The notes under the pieces are model-generated. The model was not told where the DNA came from. It saw only the letters and a program-made list of their open reading frames with translations, and ran no database searches. DNA of 64,000 bases, from positions 25,082,912 through 25,146,911 of the forward strand of contig NC_092675.1 in NCBI RefSeq assembly GCF_964355755.1, written 5' to 3'. The position numbers and the translations under genes were made by a program. Positions 23,395 to 36,391 of this stretch are shown in pieces. The DNA comes from Antedon mediterranea. Its lineage: Eukaryota; Animalia; Echinodermata. Position 1 is the first letter of the stretch. Every line of letters begins with the position of its first letter.

Positions 23395-23958
23395 TTGTCC
23401 GTCCATCTTGAATACTGTAGTGTTGTGTCTAATTCGTTTTCGTCTGTTCATAGTACCCGTCTTCAAAGAGTCCAAGATCGTTTTGTTTGTTTTGTGTATT
23501 CTACTTGTCACTGTCCTCCTTTGTCTGTCTCTCTTCTTTCGCTTGTCTCTCGTCTTTCTATGTTCGATCTTCAGTTTTTGTATAAATGTATGAATTCCCG
23601 TTTCAATTGTAATTTTATCTCCTTGTTTTCGTTTCATGTTAAAGCTGTTGGTTGTCGTACTCGTAATTCCAAATGTAATCTTCTTTATGTGCCGTATTGT
23701 CGTGTTAATGTTACCAAGAATGGATTTATTTCACGTATTTGTCTTCTTTTTAATAATTGTGTTGTTAAAGATAATTCTATTGATCTATTTTTTTACCGTT
23801 GTAATTGTTTTTGTAATAAAATTAGTAAAATTGTATAATTTTGTATTGTTAGATTTTAAGATTTATATATATTTTTATATGGTATAGTTTATTCCATTCT
23901 GTAAGGGGCGGGTTTCCCGCTGTTGAATGAGTTTGAATAAAATAAAATAAATAAAAAT
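23395..23958 (+). mobile_element. 5'-truncated LINE (CR1/L2/Jockey-group) ORF2 C-terminus and tail
   Basis: LEYCSVVS...LQRVQDRF...DLQFLYK...RTRN...F.SR...FN is typical of the post-RT region; ends in an (AATAA)n tail. Confidence 0.75.
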
Positions 23959-24561
23959 ATGTGATATGCTAATGTTGAATGACATTGAAGGTGGAATTGA
24001 GGTGGTGCATGCACGAAAAATAAATAACATCATTATGATTTTATTTTATGTGACAAGTTATCTTTATTCGACACAGATTTGTTTATTTTAGCAGCACATT
24101 CTACTAAAATGTGATGATTTGTTATTTTTAATCACAATTAGTTTTTATAACATCTCATCTAAGAAGTATTTGCACAATGTTGTATTTTAGTCTGCATAGT
24201 TTGTCTTTTTTAATTGTTTCTATACATTACATTTTAACTAGAGAATTTCTACTTGGAGGCGTTTTGTTTTTCGATGACTTTAAATATGCATGGTTGTTGT
24301 GTATGCTTATTATGTATGTGTGTAATTCAATAACCGTATTTTCAAACATCGTTAATGTATAGGTCTAAACATAATGTTTTATAATAAAATTAACGATTTT
24401 TCATATCAATATGATTATTATTGATATTACATTGATGTATGCCATAGTCAATAACTAAGCAGTTATATATGGACAAATATGTGGATCAATTATTTTTAAT
24501 TTCAGAGTGTAAAAAGTCGTAAGTATCGCATTTCATGATCTACATATATATATATATATAT

Positions 24562-24961
24562 ATAAATCATACTGTAAATTATAGAAACAGTACTCATATT
24601 CGGAACATGATCTCATAATCGCGTCGAGCATAGCTCATTGGCGAAAGTTCCGTATTTTTTAGTTGTATGAAAAAATGTCTCTGGCGGGATTCGAACCTGC
24701 AACCTCTCGCTTACAGGGCGAGTATCATACCACTAGACCACAGAGCCATGTATGAGAGATGTATGTATGTTGTATGAGAGAATGTATCTGGTGGGTGAAA
24801 ATCTGTGATAATACCATACATGGCTCTGTGGTCTAGTGGTATGATACTCGCCCTGTTGCAGGTTCGAATCCCGCCAGAGACATTTTTTCATACAACTAAA
24901 AAATACGGAACTTTCGCCAATGAGCTATGCTCGACGCGATTATGAGATCATGTTCCGAATA
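24562..24961. mobile_element. Head-to-head inverted pair of family-A tRNA-cassette repeats
   Basis: 24598-24752 is the reverse complement of 24817-24961 (the + copy has a 12-nt deletion in the anticodon arm); flanked by (TA)n and (TATG)n; third copy at 60090-60332. Confidence 0.8.
24676..24747 (-). pseudogene. tRNA-like sequence (tRNA-Pro-like body, TGT at the anticodon position) inside a repeat
   Basis: GGCTCTGTGGTCTAGTGGTATGATACTCGC-CCTGTAA-GCGAGAGGTTGCAGGTTCGAATCCCGCCAGAGACA; A and B boxes intact; C at position 33 and mismatches in the T and acceptor stems; followed by TTTTTT. Confidence 0.7.
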
Positions 24962-24965
24962 CAAT

Positions 24966-25209
24966 TATGTATGTATGTATGTATGTATGTATGTATGTAT
25001 GTATGTATGTATGTATGTATGTATGTATGTATGTATGTATGTATGTATGTATGTATGTATGTATGTATGTATGTATGTATGTATGTATGTATGTATGTAT
25101 GTATGTATGTATGTATGTATGTATGTATGTATGTATGTATGTATGTATGTATGTATGTATGTATGTATGTATGTATGTATGTATGTATGTATGTATGTAT
25201 GTATGTATG

Positions 25210-25266
<57 letters not shown>
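24966..25266. repeat. (TATG)n followed by (TA)n microsatellite
   Basis: Directly visible; explains the MYVC-repeat ORFs. Confidence 0.98.
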
Positions 25267-25270
<4 letters not shown>

Positions 25271-25339
25271 TTTATCTATTCGCTCCTTAATTGGTAATTT
25301 AAGTCGTATTATTTACTAATTTCTATTATAGAGTACAGT

Positions 25340-26068
25340 AATATCTTAACTATTACTTTGAAAAAGACCATTTTATTTCATAATTATTTATTTAATGACA
25401 ATTCCTTTAATAGGGTGCAATCGCAAAAAGATGTTGGTGTTTTTATTGATAATTCCTTTTGTTTTTCTTTTCACATTGATTATCTTGTTGGCAAGTGCAA
25501 TAGACTGCTTGGGCTGATGTGGCGTAATTGTAAACATTTTGACAGGAAAACCAATTCCACCTTTATTTTTCAATTATCCATCCAATTCTCAACTTTAGTT
25601 CAGTCAATGCGCATTCAGCGTCTGCATAATTGTTTTTTACTCTACATCAGCCACAACCAAAATCTTGATTTTCATTTCCATTTCCAATCCTCGAGTCCAG
25701 TAGAACCTGTTTTGATCTTGTTTTGTTTGTATAAATGTGTTACTTCTTTATTTGACTGTAACTTATTAAGTGTTATCTTAGAGTCCCTTGTCGTCGTCTT
25801 AGAAGAAATCCTACTTTCCATATTCCTTTTAGTAGAGTAAATGTTTTAAAAATGGTTTTATTAGTAAATTAAGTCAAACTTATAATTCTTTTACTTTAAG
25901 AAACCTTGAGTTAGATATTTTTAGTAATAATCTCCTCCGTAAGTTTTGTAACATTGTTAGTAGTTTAGTTTAATATTTGTATTGTATGTTTTTGTCTGTG
26001 TTCCCTCCTGTAAGTGGTGAACCATGAGTTCACTGTTGGCTGGGAAATGAAATAAATAAATAAAAATA
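25340..26068 (+). mobile_element. Degraded LINE ORF2 3' fragment (CR1/L2/Jockey-group)
   Basis: YLFNDNSFNRVQSQKDVGVFIDNSFCFSFHIDYLVGKCNRLLGLMWRN matches the KDLGV..D..L.F..HI post-RT motif; frameshifted afterwards; (AATA)n tail at about 26050-26068. Confidence 0.75.
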
Positions 26069-26102
26069 ATAATTTCGATTATGTCAACTTTGCGACAGTC
26101 TG

Positions 26103-26222
26103 ACCAGTTTGCCGAACATCAGTTTTCTGAACACTGGTTTACCGAATCTTAGTTTTCCGAACCTCAGTTTACCAAAGTTCAGTTTGCCGAACCTCTATTT
26201 GCCAAACCTCTATTTGCCAACC
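26103..26222. repeat. 15-bp tandem repeat (CAGTTTGCCGAACCT-like), about 8 copies
   Basis: Degenerate 15-mers; possibly an orphan foldback arm. Confidence 0.7.
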
Positions 26223-26826
26223 TGTCCAAGAAAAACAATTTATCCTTTTTTAAACAAAGATATAAGTATCAAGATATGTACAGTACAAAGTATACGTTTG
26301 TACATACATTTTAACGTTCTCAATATGGCAGAATTTTATTTTACTCGCTACAATAATCTACACAACCAAGTTTTGTATTGATTTATCTTATTGTTTGTAT
26401 CGACCTGAAACGTTTTGATGATTGATAATTTGTGTAAATGAAGCAAGAAAATGATGAAGCTATTTATTATTTGATCCTAAAAATATTATTTATTTATCAA
26501 AAAGGTCAGTCATTGATTGCCGATAACGTAACTTACTTTCAGTTCAACTGTTGCTTGGTATTATGAATTCTGCTTTATGTCGTTATTCAAAGGAAAAAGA
26601 AGAGTTTAAATCATTTTGCAATCGTTTCAATGAATTCCTTTTCTTTGTATCTATAGGTCTAACCATTCTCATTTGATAATCAGTTATAATGATTACACAG
26701 ATACATTTTGTAATGATATTTCTATAATTATTTTTATTGACACATTTTTAAAATACTCGACATTTAAATCTATTATTTAAGTTTTGTTTCTCGTTTGGAG
26801 ACGGTTAAAACATTTTAACCGTCACT

Positions 26827-27922
26827 TTAGAATTCGGTCTCTGGTCTCTTAGCTAACCATTTAGAAATTTGTTCGTGTGTCTTGATTCGATCATACAAGC
26901 CCTTCAGCTTATGAAAATCGGTTAGTACATCTGGATTGACAAACACTAACCAATCCATAAAACAAAAGAAGTCAATATCTGCCAATGAAATCTACAAAAA
27001 TAAACATACAGTTTTAAGTAAAATGAGTTGTAGGATGTAGATAGTGATATTTATAATAGTTATACACCATAAACAATGTAAATGAAGCATATCTAATGCA
27101 ACTGAATATAATTTTTTTTCGCAAAGTATTCCTTGCCGACCTTTAAAATGATCAGTTGTCGATATGTTTACTTACCGACTCGCCAACAAACCAACCATTG
27201 CCCTCATTATTTTTACACAGTTGTTTCTCAATTGCCTTCAAAATCAATGGAATCTTCTCATCACACAATTCTTTCTTAAGTTCCACCTAAATAAAAAAAA
27301 CGGTGTTATTTCATAGCCAAGATTTCAGCGAAAAGAAATTGTTGTAAACAATCAAATGACCAACAAATGGTGCGACGTAAAGAAATAAGAAATAAACTCA
27401 AACTTAGTTATCACCAATAATAAGAAATAATATTATTAGGAAAATAAAACATTGTTTAAAAAATTATACCTATTTACTTACCTTTTTAGTCTCATCTTTT
27501 TCATAGAAAAATTTAATTATAGGACCTTCTAAATCACGTAAACATTCAGTAATTGCATCGATGGTTGCCTTTTCGATCTTGTCCTTACCAAACATTCCTA
27601 AAACGTATGGAAGTTACATTTATATTTTGTACTCGGCAGAATGTGGCTGAAATTAATTATATCTTGTACTTAGGACTATTGTACCTACCGAATTCATTAG
27701 CCAAGAATCGATTGATAGCAGAACTTTGTGGCAGTTTCATTCCTTTGGCTTCAAGATATGGGAGTTTGCCAAGAGGTGTATCTGCAATACAAATTGGAAA
27801 TTTTAACAAACATCTAGACTGAGCGAAATAAATAACCAACATACAATTGGATAAATTTAACCTACCCCTCTATATAATATCTTCTATTCATCAACAAATG
27901 CTCATTATCATGTTGTTATTAA

Positions 27923-27973
<51 letters not shown>

Positions 27974-28587
27974 ACAACAACGTATGCAAGTATATGGTTA
28001 GTTGAATCATGATAACGCAGTTTAGTTTAAAATGATATTTGCATAAGGCATGATTAAGAGTAAAGTTAGCTTTTGATGGTCTATCAATACTGCAAACATT
28101 TGCGTATGCTAGTTTGCGGTTCGTCTTTCCATTGTAGCTTTTACATGACTTAGCAAAAATTCCATGAGTGCTCTACTGACCAATTGAAATAAAGGTTTTC
28201 AACAGTTTTTTTAGAGTTGGTTCGCTTGAGGCTTATATCAGTGTAGGCCTACTAATGCAACTTAACTTCTTGCTCATTCATATAAAATTATGTTGAACTG
28301 AGTTCGGTTTAGTGCTTAAGAACAACATTCTAATCGATGACTTATTTGATTTGCAATATTTTCTAATTATTTCAAGGCTATCAAAACGAACAGAGATGGA
28401 TAGATGGTAAACTTGTTATACAGTAGGCCTAGTCTCAAACACAATCAATCTTACCGGCTTTCATTGCAGGCCAATTCTCTCGCGGGATTCTCTTATCAAC
28501 ATACTTAACACCAGCAACTTCAAAGAGAATTCTCGCTGTCTCTGCTCTTCCTCTGCCGTTAAAGTAAACCAATGTGTATTCAGACAT
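26827..28587 (-). CDS. Glutathione S-transferase, sigma class (copy A), 205 aa
   Basis: Exons 28455-28587, 27689-27781, 27482-27597, 27176-27286, 26827-26991 (618 nt). [74 protein letters not shown]. Confidence 0.95.
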
Positions 28588-28964
28588 GATGATATTAAGA
28601 TACACCTAATTCTGTTTACAACAGGGCTGCAGTTACTTGCTCGTTGAAATCAAAAAAGCTAGTGAAAGCTTGCATGACAAACCAAACTATCGCAAGTTTG
28701 GTAAATATTGGCACAAGCAAACCAATTCACTTTCTTGACATTTTACAGTCTATGTCATCAAACTGTTTGAATATAGATAATCTATATGTACGGACCTGGT
28801 TAAATGTACTGTAGTATTTACGATACATGTTATATTATATATTTCAGTAGATTCGCCATGTTATTCTATCCTGCATTAATTTTATGGATTTCTCCAAAAA
28901 CAGAAAAATCATTGTTGTGATAAATACCATGCTTATATTCTAAATGCTATTATAGATCCACGTA

Positions 28965-29095
28965 TTAGTCGCGTGCGTGCAACAACTCGACTGTACAGCT
29001 CACTATGTCGGCGGTTGGTCGGTCGGTCGGTCGGTTGATCGGATGGTCGGTAAACACTAACTTGAGCACGCGACTGCAGCCATGTAAATGACATT
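28965..29095. mobile_element. Helentron/DINE-1-like non-autonomous element
   Basis: TTAGTCGCGTGC start, internal (GGTC)n microsatellite and an inverted GCACGCGACT near the 3' end. Confidence 0.5.
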
Positions 29096-30151
29096 GTTTT
29101 ATTTTAAATTTGTAGTCAAATCCTAAGGAAAAAAGTACGTGGACTGTATTATTTAAGAGCTAATATTAACGTAGAAAGATCAGCTTTTATCCATTTGAAG
29201 AGTGTGTATACCAGCACATTTATCTTAATAGTAGTAAGGCTAGGCCTACCAGTACATCAAGATGACGAAAATGTAACTATATTCGTTTTAACGTATTTTA
29301 GGAATTATTATTTGCTAATCGGGAAAGTGTTGAGCAATAATGTTGTTGTAAGGCATAGAGAAAATAATTGTAATTATAGAAATATTATTTTGTTTCATGT
29401 ACCTACTGCATTTTTCTAATTTTTCAAAGATCGTTTATCTATCTCAAACTTTTATTGAAGGTAAAAGGGGCTTATCTGCTCTGAAAAGCACATGTATGTG
29501 ATATAATATATATAATATAATTCAATGTTGTCAGATCCACAATCGACAACACAAGCGCACAATGAATTAAAATGTTTGAGTAAAAAAAAAAATTAAACCA
29601 GTTCAATTTCATGTTAACATCTGTTTTATATACAGTATCAGAGAGTTTGAACAGTTACCGTTTGTGTATAACAATAGTTGTCACAAACACACAATATCGA
29701 GCGTCCTTGATATATTGATGATGGACATTTATATTGCTCACTATAATAATTCAGACGAACTTTTTGTATTCATTGTTATCTCAATTTTATTGTTTTATCG
29801 TTTTCAACAGTTCGAAAGAATAATCCGATACATTAAAATATTAATGTACCAACATGTTTAGACATAAAAGTTAATTAAGATGCTGAGAGACGAGAAAAAA
29901 ATAATAAAACGTAGTATATAGAGTAACAATATAATGTTTGGCTAGTAATATGGGTTGTAAATTTGCTATAAATTATTTAATACAGCCATTATATTCTGAC
30001 ATAATTTCTGCAATCAATAACACTCAGCTCTCCAGCAACAATTTCATTCAAACAGGGAACTCTGGAGAACGGTCATCAACGTCTGCAACCAGACAGGATA
30101 CCAGAAAAGGAAGAAGACACCAGTACCTTATTGGTACATTAATATGTTGAT

Positions 30152-31870
30152 TTAGAATGGAGTTACTGGTCGATTTTCAAGCCAATTCGCAATTCCTTTA
30201 TTTGAAGCCACTCTCTTAAAGTTGGCCTTCAATGCTGGGTAATCTTTAAAGGCATCCTCACCAATGTTGTCTACTATCTTCTCCACGTGTGCGTAGACAA
30301 CAATGTCGGCATAAGATATCTTTAAATGAATAAATAATACAGAAAGATTTAATATTTATTCAATGAGTTTATATTCTTATTTGTGGCATTTCTGTTAGAG
30401 TCTTGATCTGTATATAGCTAGTTATATTATTTATATATAATATTATATTATTTATAACAACTTAATATTGATCTCAATTAACATTGGATTCCCATAAATG
30501 AATTTAATACCAGAATTATAACAACGATCAAATCAAGCAAGAACCATGAACATCCCCGCAAATATCAATACTTATTGACGATAAGTATCGATCAGTGCTC
30601 ATCTAACTAATTATGAAAAATAATACGCCTTATTTCTGCCGTATGTTGGCGTTGCAGATACTGGTTGTAATTAAAGTCTTCGTCAAAATTTAATTCTTGT
30701 TTGATTTTGTGAAAATTTAAATTTAAATCAATATGAAGAACGCGCTCGAGACAAATGGGTCTTTTAAATAGTTTACTTTTATTGTAAACTAAGGACAGTA
30801 TTTCCTCTAAAATTTCACATTACCATAAATTGATAATCAATGAATTTGTTCAGTTATTAGAAATATGTAAAGGAGAATTAAAAGTGCCTTGAACTAAACC
30901 AACACTTTAAAGAGTTTCGTAAAATGATACTTAATAATCACCGTAAAATAGATGAAAACTATTTCTTACCGAATTTCCTACAAACCAACCGTGTCCCTCT
31001 GTATTTTTGTTGAGATACTTCGTAAGATTGGTCATTATTGTTGGAGCTATCTTGTCCTTTAACTCACCCACCAGTCTTTGCTACAATAAACAAACAAAAA
31101 TGTAGATGTCATATTATTAATTTTTACAGTTTCTCTCATTCCGGTATAATACTATAAGATTGTTTCGTCTAGAGTGGAAAAGAACATTATCATATCTGGC
31201 ACAATCATACCAACATTGTGAAACACATCTTTATTGATAATGACGATAATGCATTAAACACAAACGGTATTTGTTGATTTTTAAAATGACAATTATTAAC
31301 CACAAAGTTGACTATTTCACACTCATATCATTATCTTAATTGCTTCTTTTTTTTTTTCGAAATGAATTTAAAATGTCTTATATCGCTTCCAAATCATACA
31401 GACAAACAACTGTATAACTAATACTTATGAACATCACTCTTACCCGTTCCTTTGGGTCTTCTTTAGCATAAAATATCAAACTAAGATGCATTTTTAATTC
31501 ACGAGCTACTTCACAAACTACATCGATTGTTGCCTTCTCCTGCTTGTTAGAACCGTATAAACCTGTTTAAAATAGTTTTACAGTTGTAAGTAACAGTTAT
31601 CAGATATATTTAGCTGCAGGATTAATACAACATTTATTTTATTTATATAAAAAAAACACAGATTGTGGTAAATAAACAAACAAAAAAAACATCAATTGCG
31701 GTTAATCAAAGATAAAAACAAGAGGGCGCCAAGATGTAAAGAATCCAAAGTTGCGACAGAAATATTGAACAATTTTGACTTGTTTTATCAATTATTTATT
31801 TAGTATAGTATTTAGTATGTGTATAGTCTTTCATCGAGAGGTTTCATTAAAATAAGTTCATTATTAAAGA

Positions 31871-31916
<46 letters not shown>

Positions 31917-32912
31917 TATACGCTTGTACTGTATGCATATTTAAAACTGAATTATCTTATTTGATGGTAGCATTTGCTCTGTGTAACGTGTAACGTAAAT
32001 CTCGTTAAAGCATCATTTAGTCCAGAAACAGTAAATATCAACCAGCAAATACTAATTTTATCGTGTTTGTTATCAAAGACTATTCTTTGTAGTAACTGTC
32101 TACTGATACAAGGTAAACAAATTTAGAATATTGTTAGCATTGGCTTCGTAAAATAATACCACTTTAAAAGTAGAAAACGAATGAATTTTTATGGAACATT
32201 CACAAAATGTTTGTGAATGTTTCTTTTTGTTTTCTTGGGTATAGAAATATATGTTTATAATGACTGCGATTTGGACAACCTTCATGATCAGAAATACAAA
32301 TTACTCAATACTGACATTACAACTTAAGACTATGAAATCAAAATGATAAATAACTAAAGTAACATACATAGATTAGTAACTGGAATAGCGTCCAGAGCGG
32401 AGCTCTTAATCGTTACTTTACTTACCAAATTCACGAGCAAGATAGTTTTCTACAGCACGTGATTGAGGAATCTGCTCACCATCAACCTCTAAAACGGGAA
32501 GCTGTCCAAAGGGCATTTCTATTGTTTAAAAAAAGTGTATTTGTTAATAACAATCATGCTTTAAACCAGTAAAATAACTGACGTATCAAGACAGTTTCGT
32601 CAAGCTGTCAGCTAGACTTCATCAGTTGGTGTATGTTACTACGAAACCAGATGAAATTGTTTTAACATGTTATATTTGTTATTGTTTAACTAGATCTTTT
32701 GTACTGATCGGAAAATAAAATAGTTGTTTCATCAATTCATATATTGACTGGATTATAAAAACAGAAGAAAAGAATTTACTTGGTTTGAGTGTTGGCCATT
32801 GTGGAGGCACTATTCTGAAGTCTTCGTATTCCTTCTCAGCAGCCGCAAACAATAAGCGAGACGTTTCGCCTACGCCACGAGCAGCAAAGTAGTAGAGCTT
32901 ATACGAAGGCAT
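30152..32912 (-). CDS. Glutathione S-transferase, sigma class (copy B), 207 aa
   Basis: Exons 32780-32912, 32426-32518, 31444-31562, 30970-31080, 30152-30319 (624 nt). [78 protein letters not shown]. Same intron positions as copy A. Confidence 0.95.
32581..32636 (-). ncRNA. Candidate minimal type-I hammerhead ribozyme
   Basis: Minus strand reads CCAA-CUGAUGA-A-GUCUAGCU-GAC-AGCUUGAC-GAAA-CUGUC-UUGA. Both core boxes, stem II and a GUC triplet are present; stems I and III are weak. Confidence 0.5.
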
Positions 32913-34243
32913 TTCAAGTGATGGAACGATCAGAGACGAGTAAGATTGTAACGAAGTAGCATATAGAAATGGATGAGCACTGAACATCAACAATTTAGTC
33001 TATAAATATATATGCGATTTCATAAAGAGTGGTACCCAGCACTTTTAAAATAATCCATAGACTGGGTCACATGCAGACAATTGTCCAATCATTAGAACAA
33101 GAAGCCTTATAATAATGCAATATGTTAATAAATATCCATATTCATTAAATTGAATCAAACCATAAAATTAGCAAAGAGATGTTAATTGACTCAAATATGA
33201 GTTTATCGTTCTTAAAAAAACAAAAGCAACAGAAATAGGGGAAACAATTTTTGATAATGAAAAAAGTGTTGACCATGTTAAAGTCATCATTACTAATGTA
33301 TATAGCGAGTTATATGACTCTCACACAAATCTAGTTCCGAGTTTTATGTTTTCTTTCACATAAAGGCACCATTTTCTTTTTCTTCTTTTTTTTTGTGTGT
33401 GCTTTCGGATAGACTTTCATTAAACACATGTTTAGTTTAATGATTTGTTATCGATGGCCATCATTATCTTTGTTATAAAACCTTTCTTTCTTTTTTGACA
33501 GCCATTTTTTTTATACAATTACTCAATTTGCTCTTTCCAAACAACATATCCAATACTATTATAATTGATTACATAACATCGATGATCTAATAATTAAAAA
33601 AAGAATGTATTTGTTTCATTGTAGGTTCTCTATGGCTTTGTTTTAGTTGTATTATGGTTAGTTACTTTACAACTATCTAAATTAATTTAGTTACTGTATA
33701 CTCGGGTCTAGACGGGTATTTTAAAGAACAAACTGAAAACCAAGTTGCCAATACCAAAGAATATAATTCAGATAATTTAAGAAAAACATCATACATAATT
33801 CTACATATTATCGTATAAATGTATTTGTATTAAAAAATATACCGGTAGGCCTACTCATGTTATTGCTGTTGTGTAGCACAATGTATGCTTATTCATATAA
33901 ACACAAACAACAAAGATTGTTTTTGTTACCATTATCTCTTTAAGGCTTAGAAAAGACATTATGTAGCCCAAGCATTATTAGTATCAATTTTTATATAATA
34001 TTTTGTTTTATTATAGACCCTAATAATTATGTAGTCTTGTTTAAAATCAACTTGAGCAGAATCTGAATAAAAAGTGGAGGGCATGACTCACTGATGCTTG
34101 CAATTTCTACTAAAAATTGCATAACTTGCCGAATACATAGTACCAGTACCACCAAAGAAGGTATAATTAAGAACATTTGTATAAACATTTTTGATCATTT
34201 GCTTTAAAACCACTTTTATTATGTTCATCAATCTGATTTCAGC

Positions 34244-34459
34244 TTATTCACACAAAAAGCAGCATGTTAAAATACCACATAAAGCACCAAAACATCCACA
34301 TGGGCAAAAGTCACAATAATCTACTCCGTAGAAGTCATCGTCTTCCTCTACAACGATAACGCCACCACTTGAAAACGGCTGATCTACAATTATCTCGTCT
34401 TCGACGATGACGTCATCAACTTCGAAGTCATCTGTGGCGCCATACATCGGTGAAAACAT
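34244..34459 (-). CDS. Small acidic protein with CYSTM-like cysteine-rich C-terminal module, 71 aa
   Basis: ATG start; splice acceptor about 25 nt upstream; GC-richer than flanks; ends CDFCPCGCFGALCGILTCCFLCE. Confidence 0.65.
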   Translation of the reverse strand: MFSPMYGATDDFEVDDVIVEDEIIVDQPFSSGGVIVVEEDDDFYGVDYCDFCPCGCFGALCGILTCCFLCE

Positions 34460-36391
34460 TTCTTGTTTAGGTTAGTACACTTTCCTGTTAATTTAAAACG
34501 TGTTTATAAAAATATCGGGTATTACGTCCTATGAAATAGTTATATCGAGTAAAAAAGATGTATGATATATAATGTTATCTAGTACATGCTAATTATATTT
34601 ATTTTAATTTAATTTTTATTGTTACATGTTTATGTCTTGTCATGATGTATTTCTGTGAGGGTCCCTAATGATCAGTTTCGGCTGGATGGACCATTTGTTG
34701 AAATAAAAAATTCATCATATATTATTGGAATATTGAATCGTTTTATGCTATTTTATGAGTTTTATAGATTTTGTCTATTATATTTAATTTCTCCATTTTC
34801 GATTGTGTCACGTGGACACAATCTTTACGACCATTTACACAATGTGACTTAGAGTCTCCAAACATGTAAAACAAACGTAACATTTTTAGTGTACGGTAAA
34901 TATACGTATTCGTATATTAAACATATCATTTTCATGTATGAAATTCTACAAAACAATATGCAAATTAATAAATTACATCAATAACGAAATATGAGCAACT
35001 TTTACTGGTAGGTTTTATATGCATTATAATTGTTTATTGTAGGCCTATATTCCAATACGGTTTAGAGGCCTGTCATAATAAGGGTATGATCAACACACAG
35101 GGACATATAGTATTATATAGTTCTGAGAGCATTATGAAAGAATCAGTTTCTTTTGTATAGCGGCTCAAAATATTCATTCAACACCATATATATATATGTG
35201 TGTGAGTGGGGTTTAAATGTTTACATCCATGTTTAAAACACGTTCCTTCTTATTATTTTCGAAGTTTTCCTTTTTACAGTTAGAAAGCTGGAATTTATTA
35301 GGCCTGATACTTCCTAAATGATACTTCTTATTGTTAACTAAACTTTCCTACGCCTTGAATCTCTTTTTAACAGATTCTACTCTTTAGCGTATACTCCTTT
35401 CCTATACATCTTGGTTTGGAGAAGAAAGATTATATACTGTTTAAATGAAACGTCCTAGATCATTAATCAAAAGTACATTACAATACATAGACTCTAAATC
35501 AACTAATAATGATATGTAAGTACAATATACCTACCTCTATAAGTGGTTGCAATTTGGTTTTCAATACGTATAAGCCTAGGTATATCGAGTTATAATATTG
35601 CTTCCTTTAACAGCACCTTTTGTCAGTAGGAATACACCTTATGGTGTATTATACCATACATCCATACCACGTAAAGAATTTCTTGCAAGGTCATGCACTA
35701 CATTAGTTACTTATTATTAGCTATGACTAATAAACAACAATATTTCTCCAATTCGTTAAAAAAAATGAAATTAAAGGTTTACATATTAAATTAATAATTA
35801 GTTTTCAATTTGTTTTTGTTGTTTTTTTTGTGGTCACAGTCACGAGTATTGTTAGAATGGAAACTTGTTATTTAAAAAATACATTATTAAAAACATATGT
35901 TATTTTTTTGTGGAATCCAGATGTAATCTGTTTCATGAGGCAAGATCAACGTGTCCCTCTTATATTAATAACAAAATAATTGAACCAAACTATTTATTAA
36001 AATAGTCAATATTGTTAATAACAAATCGTCTATCTGTATGAAATAATTACACATGCCTACAAAAATAAAAATTGATAAATTTTAACGACATAACAGAAAT
36101 TTGTCCAGCTATATAATGACATAACTATATATATATTAACTGAAAGAGAGAACTTCTAGCTTTCTGTGCTCGATATCATTTCTGTTCTTATGTGTTCATG
36201 ATACAATTCAGGTACTTTGAATATAAAGTGTCTGTATTACAAAGTATTAATTTAATCTCTTGATTTGAACCTTTTCATACTAGCTCGATATGTGCAGTGC
36301 TTTAATGTTGTTTTGTTAAGTGTAATCCTGGAGTCTATACTGATTACATCTCAATCAAAATGTTTGAATATTGAGGTGGATCGTAAACCAT

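Noticed and set aside
23332-23887. Host protein-coding gene
   Set aside because: Matches the C-terminus of a LINE ORF2 with a simple-repeat tail; the overlapping ORFs are shadows.
24676-24747. Functional tRNA-Thr(TGT) gene
   Set aside because: Pro-like body, C33 instead of U33, stem mismatches, and embedding in a dispersed repeat; kept only as tRNA-like.
24920-25319. ORFs encoding (MYVC)n
   Set aside because: Translation of a (TATG)n/(TA)n microsatellite.
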